Source of the DNA: Eledone cirrhosa
Lineage: Eukaryota
Direction: 5' to 3'
Length of the DNA stretch: 64,000 bases
NCBI GenBank assembly: GCA_964016885.1
Contig: OZ024742.1
Span: forward strand, 29,264,001 to 29,328,000
A model generated the notes under the pieces. That model was given only the letters and a program-made list of their open reading frames with translations, made no database searches and was not told the DNA's origin. Below, piece by piece: positions 26,982 through 41,176 of this stretch. The translations under genes were made by a program, and so were the position numbers. Every line of letters begins with the position of its first letter. Within the stretch, counting starts at the first letter, position 1.

Positions 26982-28811
26982 GTGTGTGTGTGTGTGTGAT
27001 TTCTAAAAGCTGTAATATATGATTTGAAAAATGTTTGGCTAGTATATCTATTTGATTGAGTGACTCGTAAAGGCCCCTTTGTTGACTCAAACTATCTATA
27101 GTTAGTTATTTTATTTAATGGTGTGTAGTTTAAGCACCTCAATCGTTTCATTAGCGACCATCCCATCTTTTGAACCGTAGTTCTAAAATTCTAAATCCAA
27201 GACCTTCTCACTCCCGTGAGAAGAACCCCTCCCAGGTTGACCTACACCTTTTTGGCTATATTGGTTCAAATGACACCGAGGTATCACGTCAGGCGTTGTC
27301 TTGCGTTTCGCTGCCCTCTCGTTCTTCTCCACTACGTTGGTGTTCGCTCTGTCGCTCAAATAGCCAATCTGTTGTCTCTTATACGATCAGGGCTAACATA
27401 TTTTACTTAATTAGTCAAGAAGATATAATTAAAATTAATTAAATTACCCTTATAATGAGGAGAACGAAACTTTAGCTTAATAATTATCTCTGGTTAGGAA
27501 ACACCCGAAATTTCAATTAAGTAAAATTTATAAATTCATGTAGGCGGTAAATAAGTCGGTAGAACATCGAATATAATCCTTTGCGATATTGGTTCCAGTT
27601 CTCTGTCTCTGAGTTCAAATCCCACTGAGGTCAACTTTGCCTTTCATCCTTTCGACGTCGATAAAAAAAGTACCAGTCAAGTACTGGGGTCGATTCTGCC
27701 GTTATATATTTTTCTCATTTCCTCTCTCACACGCGTTCTATCCTTCTCTGGAAGAAAGCTGCTGTACTCAGACCTAGAGAGAGTTGGGCTCCACCAGGCT
27801 TAAAATGACCCCCAAAAAGCCGTATATCACTTCGGAGCCCCTACGATTCCATCAGGATTTACGGGACTATACTATACCATAAATCCATTAGTTATAGATA
27901 TTCTGTCGAGATCAGGTGATGGTGTATGGGTGTGGAGGGTGGGGTAGTTCTGTTGTCTTCACAACGAATACCAATAGTTAATATTTGTTGATGATTTTTT
28001 AAGTTAAACTTTTAAACGACGAGTTGTTGTGGACCTCCTTCCGTTTCGACGAAGTTGTTCTAGTTGTTTGATCAACGTGACAACCTGTTGATGAAACTAA
28101 CGTGCAAGGTGTTGAGCATTCCACATACACGTGTACTCTTGTCACTGTATGTGACAAGACTGAACCGTTGAATTACAGGTACAGTCCATCCGACAAGCTA
28201 ACAAACAATTTCTGTCTACCCAATATCCCTCACAAGTCAACACTTTTGCCTATCTTAACACGTAATGGACTCAAACACGAGACCTAATAGTTGCGAAGCA
28301 AACTTCTTAACCATTCGGCTTTTTTGCTTCCTTACCCCGTTTCTGGAAAATCTGAAACTTCGAAAACAGTCTTTCCGTGATCACGTGATCAGGCGGACAT
28401 TTTAGAACGCCTGGAAATGATGAGGAAGAAGAGCCAGAAAAATCTAGAAGAGAAAAAACATGTGAAACTTCAATGTTATGATGAAATGGTTTGATGGTAG
28501 AGTGGCTGCTATGTTGGGCCAACTGAGATTTCTTATAATAATAATAAAAAATAATAGAGAGGAAAGAATCATGAGTGGGTGTTATATGTATAACTATCAC
28601 ATGTGTGTGTTTGTTAGTGCGTATGTGTGAGAGAGAGAGAGAGGGGGGGATAGGGAGAGAGGGGGAGGTTGTGTTCCTATGCTTCCTTATCTCTCTATAT
28701 ATATATATGTGTGTATGTGTGTGTGAGAAAGAGTGAGAGAAAGTGAGAGAGAGAGTGTGGGGGGGGGGGGTTCTATGCACTCTTATCTCTCTATATAAAT
28801 GTGCGTATGTG

Positions 28812-29021
<210 letters not shown>

Positions 29022-29280
29022 TATATATATATATATATAATAGAGAGAGAGCGAGAGAAACATAAATATATATAGAGAGAGATATTTACCTACACAAACA
29101 TGCACACACTCATATATATAGACCATAGATAGATAGATAACTCTATATATATTTATATTTATAAATATATATACATATATATTCATATATTTATAAATAT
29201 ATATATATATATAAAGAATGATTAATAATTAGTAATTAACCATTACTGCATTCAGGATAATCCTAAGCATTTCTTGCATC

Positions 29281-29348
<68 letters not shown>

Positions 29349-29359
29349 TATATGTATAA

Positions 29360-29811
29360 TGGGGACGACTAGAAAAGCTCAAACTCTATTCTCTCCGACG
29401 CCGCTACATTATCTGCATGATGTGGAAAATATTCCATCAGCATTGCCCAAATGATGTTTGCATCATCTTTAAGGTACACCCAAGGCTTGGGCCCCGTGTT
29501 ATCCGCCCACAACAAAAATCAAACTCGCATCTCATAACAACATTATGACACAATTATCTCACCTCAATTGGCCCTGCTCTCTTTAACATTACACCAAAAC
29601 ACATTAAAACAGAAACAGACCCCAAAATGTCTTCAGACAAATTCCTTAAAAAAAAACCCGGATAAACCTCCTAAACCGGGATATGTGTGCGTAAACAATA
29701 AATCTCTACTTGAATTGGCCATGTTGTCCCAATCCTTACTTCGCCAGGTGCGGCTATTAAGTTAGACATGGCCTGGGCCAATAGTGGCCGAAACCTATCA
29801 AAGTGATCAAA

Positions 29812-29812
<1 letters not shown>
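29360..29812 (+). mobile_element. 3' fragment of CR1-group LINE
   Basis: Homologous to the 3' end of the 30246-33900 element (KLKLYSLRRR..HPRLGPRVIRP); tatcaaag-type tail. Confidence 0.85.
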
Positions 29813-29851
<39 letters not shown>

Positions 29852-29852
<1 letters not shown>

Positions 29853-30220
29853 AATGTACGTATAGTATATTATCAAATATACTATAGTATTGGAAGTTAT
29901 AGAAGCTGGATTCTTATAAAATTCCAGTTATGTCTATGAGCAGTTTAAAATCATTAACATACAGAGCGGTTACAGCTCATAAACGCATAACTGGAATTCT
30001 ATGAGAATCCAGCTTCTATAACTCTCAGCAGAAGCGAATGGGGTATGTAGACTTGACAACCACTTACAAGTGAGAAAAGGCACCGTTGATTACTCCCCTT
30101 TGCTTATGCCGAGACTAGGTATGTGACGTTAGTCACTACTTTAAAATCTATAGCGAATGGCCTTCAAAATGTTTTAAAATAAACATACAGTATATTATCA
30201 AATATACTATACGTACATTC
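29852..30220. mobile_element. MITE-like element with 20-bp terminal inverted repeats and an internal hairpin
   Basis: TIR gaatgtacgtatagtatatt / aatatactatacgtacattc. Internal IR gttatagaagctggattct..agaatccagcttctataac (29896-30021). Confidence 0.7.
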
Positions 30221-30245
30221 ATATATACATCGCTATTTCCGAGCA

Positions 30246-33200
30246 CTTAACTTTGATAACTTTGATAGGTTTCGGCCAGTATTGACCCAGGCCATGTCTA
30301 ACTTAATAGCACCACCTGGCGAAGTCTTACAAATCAGGGTTTGGGCACCATGGCCCACCCGAGCAGAGAGTTATTGTTTACGGAGGCATATCCGGGTGTA
30401 GGAGGCTTATCCGGGATTTCTTGAAGGAATTTTTCCAAAGACTTCTTGAACTTGATGGGGTCTGTCTCTGCTTTGATGTGTTTTGGTGTAATGTTAGAGA
30501 GCAGGGCCAATTGAAGTGAAATAATTGTGCCGTATTATTGTTATGAGATGCGAGTGAGATTTTTGTCGTGGGCGGATAACGCGGGGCCCAAGCCTTGGGT
30601 GTACATTAAAGGTGATGCCAACATCATTTGAGCAAAGCTGATGGAATATTTTCCACATCATGCAGATAATGTAGCGCTCACAGCGACGTTGGAGAGAATA
30701 AAGTTTGAGCTTTTCTGATTGACTCCAATAGTCAAGGCCTGTCATGCCATCTATCTTTTTTGTAATACTTTGTTTCGTGTGGGGAGACCACAGTGGACAA
30801 CAGTATTCAAGGTGGGGTCGGACAAAAGTGGAGAAGAGAAGGACAACAGTGTGGATATCTCTCGACTGGAAAGTTCTGAGAATCCAGGAACACATTCTGC
30901 GGGCCATGTCAACTTTGCTGTTTATATGAGTGGCCTAGCTTATGTTGTTGTCCACAATTACCCCAGGTCCCTGATGTTATTGGATGCCACTAGAGTTTCA
31001 CCCGAAGGAATAGAGTATGGTAGTTTCAGGGCATCCTTTTTTCCAAAGTGGATTAATTCAAACTTATCCTCATTCAACAGCATATTATTCTTTTCTGCCC
31101 ATTGGATAACAGCCAGTAGGTCTGACTGAAGGCAAGTCCGGTCACCCACCTCATTGATTACCCTTTGGAGCTTAGAATCATCTGCGAAGATTCTTATCTT
31201 GCTGTACTTGATGATGTCAGTAATGTCATTAATGTAGATGATGAAAAGAAGTGGGCCCAACACAGTGCCTTGTGGAACGCCACTGCTGACTTTGGCAGGG
31301 CTTGATTTTACTCCTTCGACTACAACATGTTGAGTTCTGTCTGTCAGGAAACATTTGATCCACTGTAGTAGCTTTCCAGAGACACCAATATTGGATAATT
31401 TTTTCAGTAGAATCTTATGATCAACCCTGTCAAAGGCCTTGCTGAAATCAAGATAGATGACATCAGTGTTGGAGCCCTCTCCCAAGGCTCTCAAAACATA
31501 GTCAAAGTGATGCAGGAGCTGCGTTAGGCAGTCCCTTCCATTACGGAACCCATGCTGGTTGGAGTTCAGCAGGCCGTTGCTTTCAAGAAAGTGGGTTATT
31601 CGTGATCTCACCACCCTCTCAAATACCTTGATAATATGAGAGGTGAGTGAGATTGGACGGTAGTTCACTGAAAGGGACTTATTTCCCTTTTTGAAGACTG
31701 AGACAGAACGTTTTCAGGAATATAGCTAGTATCCAGTGAGTTCCTCCACAGATTAGCAAGAGGAGATGCAAGTTGGTGTCGACACACCTTCAGGACACAA
31801 GCAGAGAACCTGTCGGGGCCTACTGCTGAATTGTGTTTAATTTCGTTTATTGCCGCTAAGACATCAGGGGCGCCAAACGTTATGTCCGATATAGTGTGTT
31901 GGGGATTAACATCACTGATACCCCAGATCAGCCATATCAGAATTGCTGAAAACAGTGCAGTATTGTTTCTGCAGTATCTCGCCCATGGTTTTGGTATTAT
32001 CTTGGAGTGTGCCATTTTCATCAACTAGGCGCCAACAGTGGAGACGGTGACCTTGTTTTTTAGCAAATGAAAATAACACTTTGAGGTTGAGTTTGATTTT
32101 CTCAATGGCCCACCTCTCTTCCGCTGTTCTCTGGTTATTGATGATGGTCTTCATGCATTGTTGGAGGTTATATTTTTTATTAAAGCAGGGCGATAGCCGT
32201 CGAATGTGTGTGTTGCTGTTGGCAGTATTTCAGTGTGTTAATTTTTTTGTTTGTTCTTTTTATTTTTCTGATAATTGTTTTTCTGTTTTGAGGCACTTAG
32301 TTTTGTTCACAGGTTTTTGGGGGAGTGTGTTTTGTAGATATATTTGTGACAGTGTCTACAAAGATCTGCCAAGATGTTTTGATGCTGGTGGGAATGTGTG
32401 CGTGTGTAAAGGACCAGTCAACATGTGATAGTTCGTTCATAACTGCATCCAAGTTGGCATTGTGGAGATCCATGTTATCAAATGGGTGGGCTGGAGAGAG
32501 GACCCTGGGATTAGCTTTCGGCTGGTGGAATCTCAGGTTACAAAGAACCATGTCATGGTCTGAGAGAAGGGTCTTTTCCACTGTAATATTATGTATAGTG
32601 TTAGTGTGGTTACTAAACACTCGTTGGTGCAAGGACAAGTTGGGACAAGAAAAACTCATTCATGAAGTCAAGAAGTGACTCGACTGCTTCTTTGTCAGTG
32701 GTTGAGGCTGGGGTGCCTGGTTTCAAACTGCTTGTAGACCAATCGACACAGGTTAGATTAAAGTCTCCCATCAAAAGTATGTTGCTAGAATGGCACTGTT
32801 TAATAAAGCATTTAATGCTGTTGAGGCATTATTTGAAGCAGATTATGGGTGTTTGTGATGACCTATAGAGCCCAACTAATGTCAGGTCATTGGCTTTCTT
32901 GTGCACAGTTACTGATTCACAGTAGCCATTGGAGAATGTTGTGTTGCCATCTGCTGTAAAGGAATTATGCAGGAAAATGGCAGTTCCAGCCTTCCTTCTG
33001 CCAAAACGGTCCGCGCGGATGGTTGTGAAATTCCCCATTGTTACTTCGGCCTCCAAGTGGGAGTTGTCATGGTGGGTTTCTGTAAGAATGAAGAAGGGGA
33101 TGTGAAATGGATGGTTATCAACCCAATCCTCAATGAATTGAATCTTCCATTTCTGTGCATTGATGGATGGGCTGATACCTTGTGTATTGAGTAGAAATGT

Positions 33201-33900
33201 GGAGGCTAGTGTGGTGGCTGGTTTTGACTGTTGCAGGGGACTTGTTTTGAGATTGTGTGTTAGTGACAGCAAGGGTGGTGTTGGGTGATGGTATAAATGT
33301 TTTTCTGTATCTCTTTTGCCAGGTTCATGGCTAAAAAAGAAAGATTTTCTTGTTCAGGGAGCAGGTTTTGATTGGTTACACCATTGGATAGGGTTGCAGT
33401 TCCCTCTTTTGTTGTTGTTGTTGTTGTTGTTGTATTTGTTGTAATTGTGTCTTTGTGAAAAGACTGGAGCAGCATTACTTTTGTTGTTGTAATCGTGTCT
33501 TTGTGAAAAGACTGGAGCAGCATTACTGCAGCAGGAGGTGGCTTTATTGTGGTTTGTGTGTTGGCATGGACCCCCTTTTCTGTTCGTGCGTTGTGTCCCG
33601 GGAAGATGAGTGAACGGACAGTCAGTCAGCAGACATAGTCTCACACGTTGGGAATGTCGGTAGATTTTGGGACGCCGACTTATGTGTGTGGGCAGCGTCC
33701 TTTGGTTTTGGGTGGCAGTGTTAGTGCGTCTAGTACTAGGTAACTGGGAAGATATGCAGTCACTACGTGTGCATAGCCTCTGACGTGGAGAGTAGCAGCA
33801 TATTTGGGGGTTTCTAGTTTGTGTAGTGGGGGGGTGCATACAGCTCCATATATTTTTTTTAAAGTTCTTTTGACTACAGCACGACTGTGGTGGTGATGTG
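30246..33900 (-). mobile_element. Near full-length decayed CR1-group LINE (APE endonuclease + RT)
   Basis: LLNTQGI..LTETH..RADR..GTAIF..VGLYRS (APE), LSDHDMV, NYRPISLTSH..QHGFR..YLDFSKAFDRVDH..SGVPQGTVLGP..FADD, FVRPHLEYCCPLWSP. Cys/His-rich 5' region, (ttatcaaag)2 tail, several frameshifts. Confidence 0.9.
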
Positions 33901-33952
33901 GGGGAAGAAAGAAAGTAGAAAGCAAGAAAGAAACCAATACTAATATATACTA

Positions 33953-34054
<102 letters not shown>

Positions 34055-34528
34055 GGAAAAGAATGAAACAAAAATTTATTTCTCACTCTTAGTACGGCTT
34101 GTACCTAAATATGAGTATGTATACGTAGATACATATATGTGTACAGACGCACAGTAGTATGTATATATATATACATACATGCACACATAAATATGTACGT
34201 ATGGGTTTACCGAACATTTATTATAATGTTCGGTTTGTTTGTAAACAAACAGCCCGAATTACGCCGTACAGTGCTCGGCAACCATCGTCGCCCTTTTGTT
34301 CAACATTGACACAGGAAAGATGTACTAGTTTTAACCTTATTAGCTATCGTCTTATTACCTTTCTGTCAGATGATTGAACGTCTGAAAGTATATACTTTCC
34401 TTATGCATATTAACGGCTGAGCAGCCTAATTTGCATATCGAGTGAGTTAGTCGGCCGGGCACACCGAAAACGAGTTGGTATTTGAGAATATCTGTGACTG
34501 GGTGTGTGTATATACGCATATACGACTG

Positions 34529-34575
<47 letters not shown>

Positions 34576-34712
34576 GTGTGAATTGGTGTTTATTATTTTC
34601 ACTTAGGAACTTACATATGTTATCATATTACACTGTTTTATAATTCAAGTCGAAGTGGATATTTATACACGTATACACACAAACAAATATATATATATAT
34701 ATATACATTAAA

Positions 34713-34748
<36 letters not shown>

Positions 34749-34770
34749 AGAGAGAGAGAGAGAGCTAGAT

Positions 34771-34812
<42 letters not shown>

Positions 34813-35029
34813 TATATATATAGATATATATATTATATCAGTATACGGTCTGAGTTCAAATCCCGCCGAGGTTAACTTTGCCTTTCATCCTTACTAGGTA
34901 GATAAAATAAAGTACCAGTAATGCACTGGTGAAATTGCTGGCCTTGTTCCAAAAGTAGAAACAATTATATATATATAAACACAGATATTTGTATAAGTCA
35001 GAACTAAGTGTGTGGGTGTATGTGTATGG

Positions 35030-35068
<39 letters not shown>

Positions 35069-35158
35069 CGTGTGTGTGTGTGTGAGTGTGTGAGTGAGTG
35101 TGAGTGTGTGTTTGTGAATACCCATGTAACTATATATAGCAAATATGTGTATAGATAT

Positions 35159-36170
35159 GTTTCTTTATTAGCTACAGGGGCACAAAAGAAGGGGATACGT
35201 ACAAAGAGGGAAGTTTACATACAATAAAAACGTGTAAAATACTATCACAAATACAATTTAAAAGTTAATCGATTTTCCCCAATAGGGGGAGACATTACAT
35301 ATGGGTAACACATACCTCCGAAAAAATGTGCCAACCTCATCTCCAGGAGTACGAAGTGTTTGTACCCCTTTCCTCTCCTCCTCTTTTTCCTCAACCTACA
35401 GGCTGATATAGAGAGAAGGCCCATTCACTCGGGCCATTCTCGCCACTTTCACCCACCTTTCATAAAACTTGCCGGGGTACAGCACCTCTCTCTCCATCCT
35501 GATTCTTCTTCTAAAGTGGTATTTGAAAAAGAGAATCAGTTGTTGGCCGGAGAGAAAGGTGTCAGACCTCAGCCCTTTCAACCTTGTCCAACATACAACC
35601 TCTTTCGCCATAGCTATCACACAAAGGAAAACCGTCTCTCCTTCGTTTTTGAAGGTGGGTGGCGGTTTGATCATGAAAATGGACTCAGTGGTCAACCGGA
35701 TTGGTCCCACCGGCGACAATAGTCGTTCTACATTGCCCCACGGGTCGGTAACGCCCGGGCAGTGTATGAATGCGTGCGCGACGGTTTCTTCGTCTCGTAA
35801 GCACCTCGGACAGATCTTTTTCGAAGGATCCCTGCCCGGGCGCCTATGTCTGTAGAGCTTGTCTCGAACTGGTAGAGCTCCTCGTAGCACTGCCAGGCCA
35901 GGGAGTTTGGGAAGTTGTCTATCGGTCCCGGGCGGAATGTCCTACCGAACAGACTGGCCAGTTCGTCTTCCACTACGCCTAGAGTTTCACCGAGCACGTC
36001 GTCGCACTTGCTGCGGATCAACCCTCTATAGAATGACGAAGTGGAGACTCCACTGATCACCGGGTCCGCCTGCCAGAGGGCTGTGAGCGCCTGAGCACAT
36101 TCGATGTGCCAGTCGCCCATTTTCCTCGGTCTTTGTTGACCCAGGAACTGCAGCTCGGTCATATAGGTGT
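35159..36170 (-). mobile_element. 3' fragment of Tx1-clade LINE
   Basis: ALPVRDKLYRH..CPRCLRDEETVAHAFIHC, homologous to 5464-6006; gctaataaagaa end. Confidence 0.88.
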
Positions 36171-36281
36171 AGCATAAGAACAGTACGTTTAGCTGAAAGT
36201 AAAAACAAGGCGTAATACTAAAGTAAACCATTTCACTGTTCTATGTAGACATGTATATTATTTATAAATCATTATTATTAG

Positions 36282-37060
36282 TAATAATTGTTTCTACTTT
36301 TGGCACAAGCCAGCAATTACCAAGTGCATTACTGGTACTTTATTTTATCGACCCCGTAAGGATGAAAGGCAAAGTTAACCTCGGCGGGATTTGAACTCAG
36401 AACATAAAGGGCCCTAACTCTTTGCGTCAAAGCATGGCGTCCGACCCTCTGCCGATACTGCCAACCCGATCTATTATAGGCAGAAGGCCAGCAATTTTGG
36501 TGGGTCGGGGGAAAGTCGATTAAAACGACTCCACTCAGTTACTGCCACTTTATGTTATCGTCCCCGTCGGAATTTGAACTCAGAACGGAAAGGGATGTAA
36601 TTACATGTCACAAGTCATGTTGTCGGAAGCTCTGCTGATTTTACTAACGTTACAATTATAATACTTATTATTGTTTGTGTTTTTCCTTTTCGCTTAATTT
36701 TGTTTCCATTACCATTTCTTGTAGAATCTCTTATTATATGGCGGAGAGTTCAAATCCCGCCGAGGTTAACTTTGCCTTTCATCCTTACGGGGTCGATAAA
36801 ATAAAGTACCAGTCACGCACTGGAGTCGATTTAATCGACCTTCCCCTCTCCCAAAATTACTGGTCTTTTGTCTATACTAGAAATCATTATTATGTCGGAC
36901 GCCATGCTTTGAAGCAGAGAGTTACCTCCCTTTATGATCTGAGTTCAAATCCCACCGAGGTTAACTTTGCCTTTCATCCTTACGGGGTCGATAAAATAAA
37001 GTACCAGTAATGCACTGGAATAATTGCTGGCCTTGTGCCAAAAGTAGAAACAATTATTAT
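36282..37060. mobile_element. Cluster of tRNA-derived SINE copies (both orientations)
   Basis: Same core as 6940-7110. Confidence 0.85.
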
Positions 37061-37154
37061 TCGATATAAAAGCGGTGGACTCGATAAAATAAATTACCAG
37101 TCACGCACTGAATTCTCCCAGAATTGCTGGCCTTGTATATAATTGATATATATG

Positions 37155-37512
37155 GTGGAGAGAGAAGTGCTGCCTTCCTGCCAGTTTGTTAAAAGGTAGG
37201 TGAGAAAGGCAGGAATGGCCCATGTGAATGTGCCTGCTCTGTGGGTGCGGCTGTAGAATTGAAGGAAGACAACTGGGGGAAGACACTGGCCCTAACAGTC
37301 AGGGTGGGTGGCCGTGGTTTTTGTGGGTTGTCTACACGAGTGACTCTTAGAGTCTCCTCACCTTTGAAGAATGTTATGTTTGTTTTATTTTTAAATGTTT
37401 ATTTTCTTAGACTAATTTATAAAATTTCATTTTACACAAACAACCCACACTGTATCGTCTTCTACCGTTGTAATGTTTCCTTAATGTGAGTCCTGTGTGG
37501 CTAATAAAGAAA
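37155..37512 (+). mobile_element. Short Tx1-clade 3' fragment
   Basis: gagagaagtgctgcc..aaaagg..aatggc..gtgaatg and tgtggctaataaa match 5976-6340. Confidence 0.7.
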
Positions 37513-37768
37513 ATATTATATTTATTAACATTGTTATTTCCATATTATTAATATTATTATTGTTATTATTGTTTTTTATTGTCGTTGTTGTTGTGTATGA
37601 GTGCTGCTGCTGTTGTCTTTTGTATCTAATTTAATGTTTCTACAACTACTACAACTCAATGATGGATTGATGGCAACTTTGATATTTGTCAGTTTTAAAC
37701 ATCATAATCTTGGCAGCAGTTTGATAACAATTGATTTTCTGCTCTCTATCACTTTCTCTCACTCTCCT

Positions 37769-37810
<42 letters not shown>

Positions 37811-37826
37811 AGGAGAGTGAGAGAAA

Positions 37827-37990
<164 letters not shown>

Positions 37991-38020
37991 TATACATATA
38001 AAGGAGAGTGAGAGAAAGTG

Positions 38021-38054
<34 letters not shown>

Positions 38055-38125
38055 AGGAGAGTGAGAGAAAGTGATATATATATATATATACATATTACAT
38101 ATATATAAATATATATATACATTTA

Positions 38126-38245
<120 letters not shown>

Positions 38246-38251
38246 AATATA

Positions 38252-38292
<41 letters not shown>

Positions 38293-38330
38293 TACATATA
38301 TATAAATATATATATATACATTTATATATG

Positions 38331-38362
<32 letters not shown>

Positions 38363-38533
38363 CACACACATATATATATATATATACATATATACATACT
38401 TTTTTGTTGTTTTATCTTGTTATTTTCTGGCTAGTATATATTTTCTCCAGATTCATTATTTTTTCTGTGTATTTTAGATTGTTTTAACTTGTACTATATA
38501 CACAGACATATATATTGCTAAATACCCCCCCCC

Positions 38534-38571
<38 letters not shown>

Positions 38572-38604
38572 ACCTATATATATATATGTGTACCTATATC
38601 TATA

Positions 38605-38645
<41 letters not shown>

Positions 38646-38668
38646 GTATATATATATATATATGTATG

Positions 38669-38708
<40 letters not shown>

Positions 38709-38911
38709 CAGAGAGAGAGAGATGTATGTTATATTATAGTCTATTTGCTATATGTGTATATATACACACACACAAACTCACGTGTAGATAGCAGTGCGTA
38801 TACTTACGAGGTGTTTTAATGCGAAACACAAGCTTCATGACTATTTCAACAAGTATTGAACTACATACAGGTTCATATACATATATATATACACACACAC
38901 ACACACACACG

Positions 38912-38956
<45 letters not shown>

Positions 38957-40170
38957 CGAAGGAAATGTGGTAAGGAACCAGGTGGACCATAACGCACCAA
39001 AGTACTCAATACTTGAGGTAGTAGAGTGGGTAATAGGAACCAGTAAGACCCCGACAGCTGAGCTCAAGCCGTTTCGACGGCTAATTCTGGACTAAATGAA
39101 AATTTATCCTGGTATTTAAATAGCCGATCTTCTCAAGGGGTAATTCCATATATGGTCAAAGTGATTGTCAAAAATCAGTAGTAATTCTGTGGTTGCAAAT
39201 TAGTAGGGGAGATGGTGGCTAAACCTGCCAGTAGGAGAAAGAGGGGAGGGGGTAGAGTAGACCCAATCAAGCGTTGGTAGTGCCAGCTACAGCTGGGCAT
39301 GAGGTCAAAGAAGATACAGGGGAGGGGGGGGGGGGGGGAGGAAGTCGGAACGGTAGGTAGAACAATGGGGGGTAGAAATAGGAAAGAAAATATACTGAGA
39401 GTGAAGAAAAGCAAATAAGTGTAAAGAAAAAAGTAAAGTAAATTAAATTCTACGACCTAGGTCTCAGGCTATTGTTAGGCAGAATAAAATAAAATAAATA
39501 AAGAAAGAAAGAAATAAAGAAATAAATAAATAAGGAAATAACGAAATAAGTAAAAGAACTAGGTGGGACGAAATAGGCAAGGACCCTTTTAAGAGGTATA
39601 AGTACGTAAATGATACGGTGACGGGTCAACAAAAGGGGCCAAAATACTAAAGAGACTACCACGAAATAAACAATAAAGGTTTCCATCCCGGGCCAGCAAC
39701 GACCCAGTGCAGCAAAGTGAACTTGTACGAGATAATAATTCTGAGTCCCGAGAAAAATATATACTAATGCTAACTCTAAAAGATCTAAAACAAGCTACAT
39801 GAAAGTTCGTACGAAATAAAGGTAGAATACGGAGAAATAAATTCAGAATCCACCCCGCCCAGAAGAAAAGCGAAGCAAGAAATACTGAAACGAAAAAATA
39901 AGGCATAAGTGCCACTAAGAAATATAGAGGGCACAGAGAATAGTGGGAGCGGTCGGAAAAAGGGGGCAAGTATCCGGGGTCTAAGCCAACAGCTATAAAG
40001 GGCGGAGTCCGCCAAATCTATCATAGACTAAGGGAGGGGGTGGTGGGGTACTAAGGCTACATGGGGCCAAAGGGCAGCCTCGGGTGGGCGAGAAAAGACG
40101 CCGACAAAGGAGAAGAGCTGGGGTAGAAGGACTAAGGAGAGAGGGGGGAAGGAAATAAAGGAAGCGATAA
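38957..40170 (-). mobile_element. Unclassified interspersed repeat with Penelope-like terminus
   Basis: 38958-39090 is shared with 13836-13965 and partly with 60593-60670. No recognisable protein in the rest. Confidence 0.4.
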
Positions 40171-40186
40171 AAGAAAACACACACAC

Positions 40187-40258
<72 letters not shown>

Positions 40259-40263
40259 CCACA

Positions 40264-40316
<53 letters not shown>

Positions 40317-40452
40317 AAAGTTTACATATATATATATACATACACATACATATACGTCTTTTGCAACCGGTCACTTTGTGTCTCAATGAAAAATTAATAA
40401 ATTAAACAATCAAAGCTATATATCATAAAACATGTCTATAGAATCACAAGAT

Positions 40453-40506
<54 letters not shown>

Positions 40507-41100
40507 ATCAAAAGATGGTTAAAAGAGTTCCATGTATTTTATTATGCGCATTTTAAAAACAAATATCATCATGCAATAACATTTGCGTTTTCGTCAGATA
40601 AAATAGGGAAACATGATAAGCAACTACCACACCCCTTCCAACTTGAACGCGACTACGTCACGATTTTTAGCCATTTTGAAATGAATTCTTGGCGCGATCA
40701 TTTTGGAAAATTTAATGTCTGGATATGAGCGAGCTTCCTGAAGAATCCAGCGCTCGAATTTATATAATTATTACATAATTATTGGAAAACTCAAAACACG
40801 GACGAAACCATGGTAGAGGTATTTAAATGTATTCTATTTTCTCCTAGTTTATTTTAAACCTAATTCTGCTTAGTTGACTGTATCTAGGCGATTACGGTGT
40901 CGAAATATTCGATAAATATTCCACTACAGCCGACGCGAAGCACTAGTTTTAGTTATTTGTCGGAGATTCCTTCATAGAAGCTTCATTCTTATAGCCTGGT
41001 CTATTCGATCTTTTATATAGTTAATTATGCTAATTGGGAGAGGAAATAGTATATATTTTATCTTTTGATTCTATAGACATGTTTTATGATATATATATAC

Positions 41101-41174
<74 letters not shown>

Positions 41175-41176
<2 letters not shown>

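Noticed and set aside
40860-40947. Possible Helitron 3' end (..cactagt)
   Set aside because: No convincing subterminal hairpin or 5' end.
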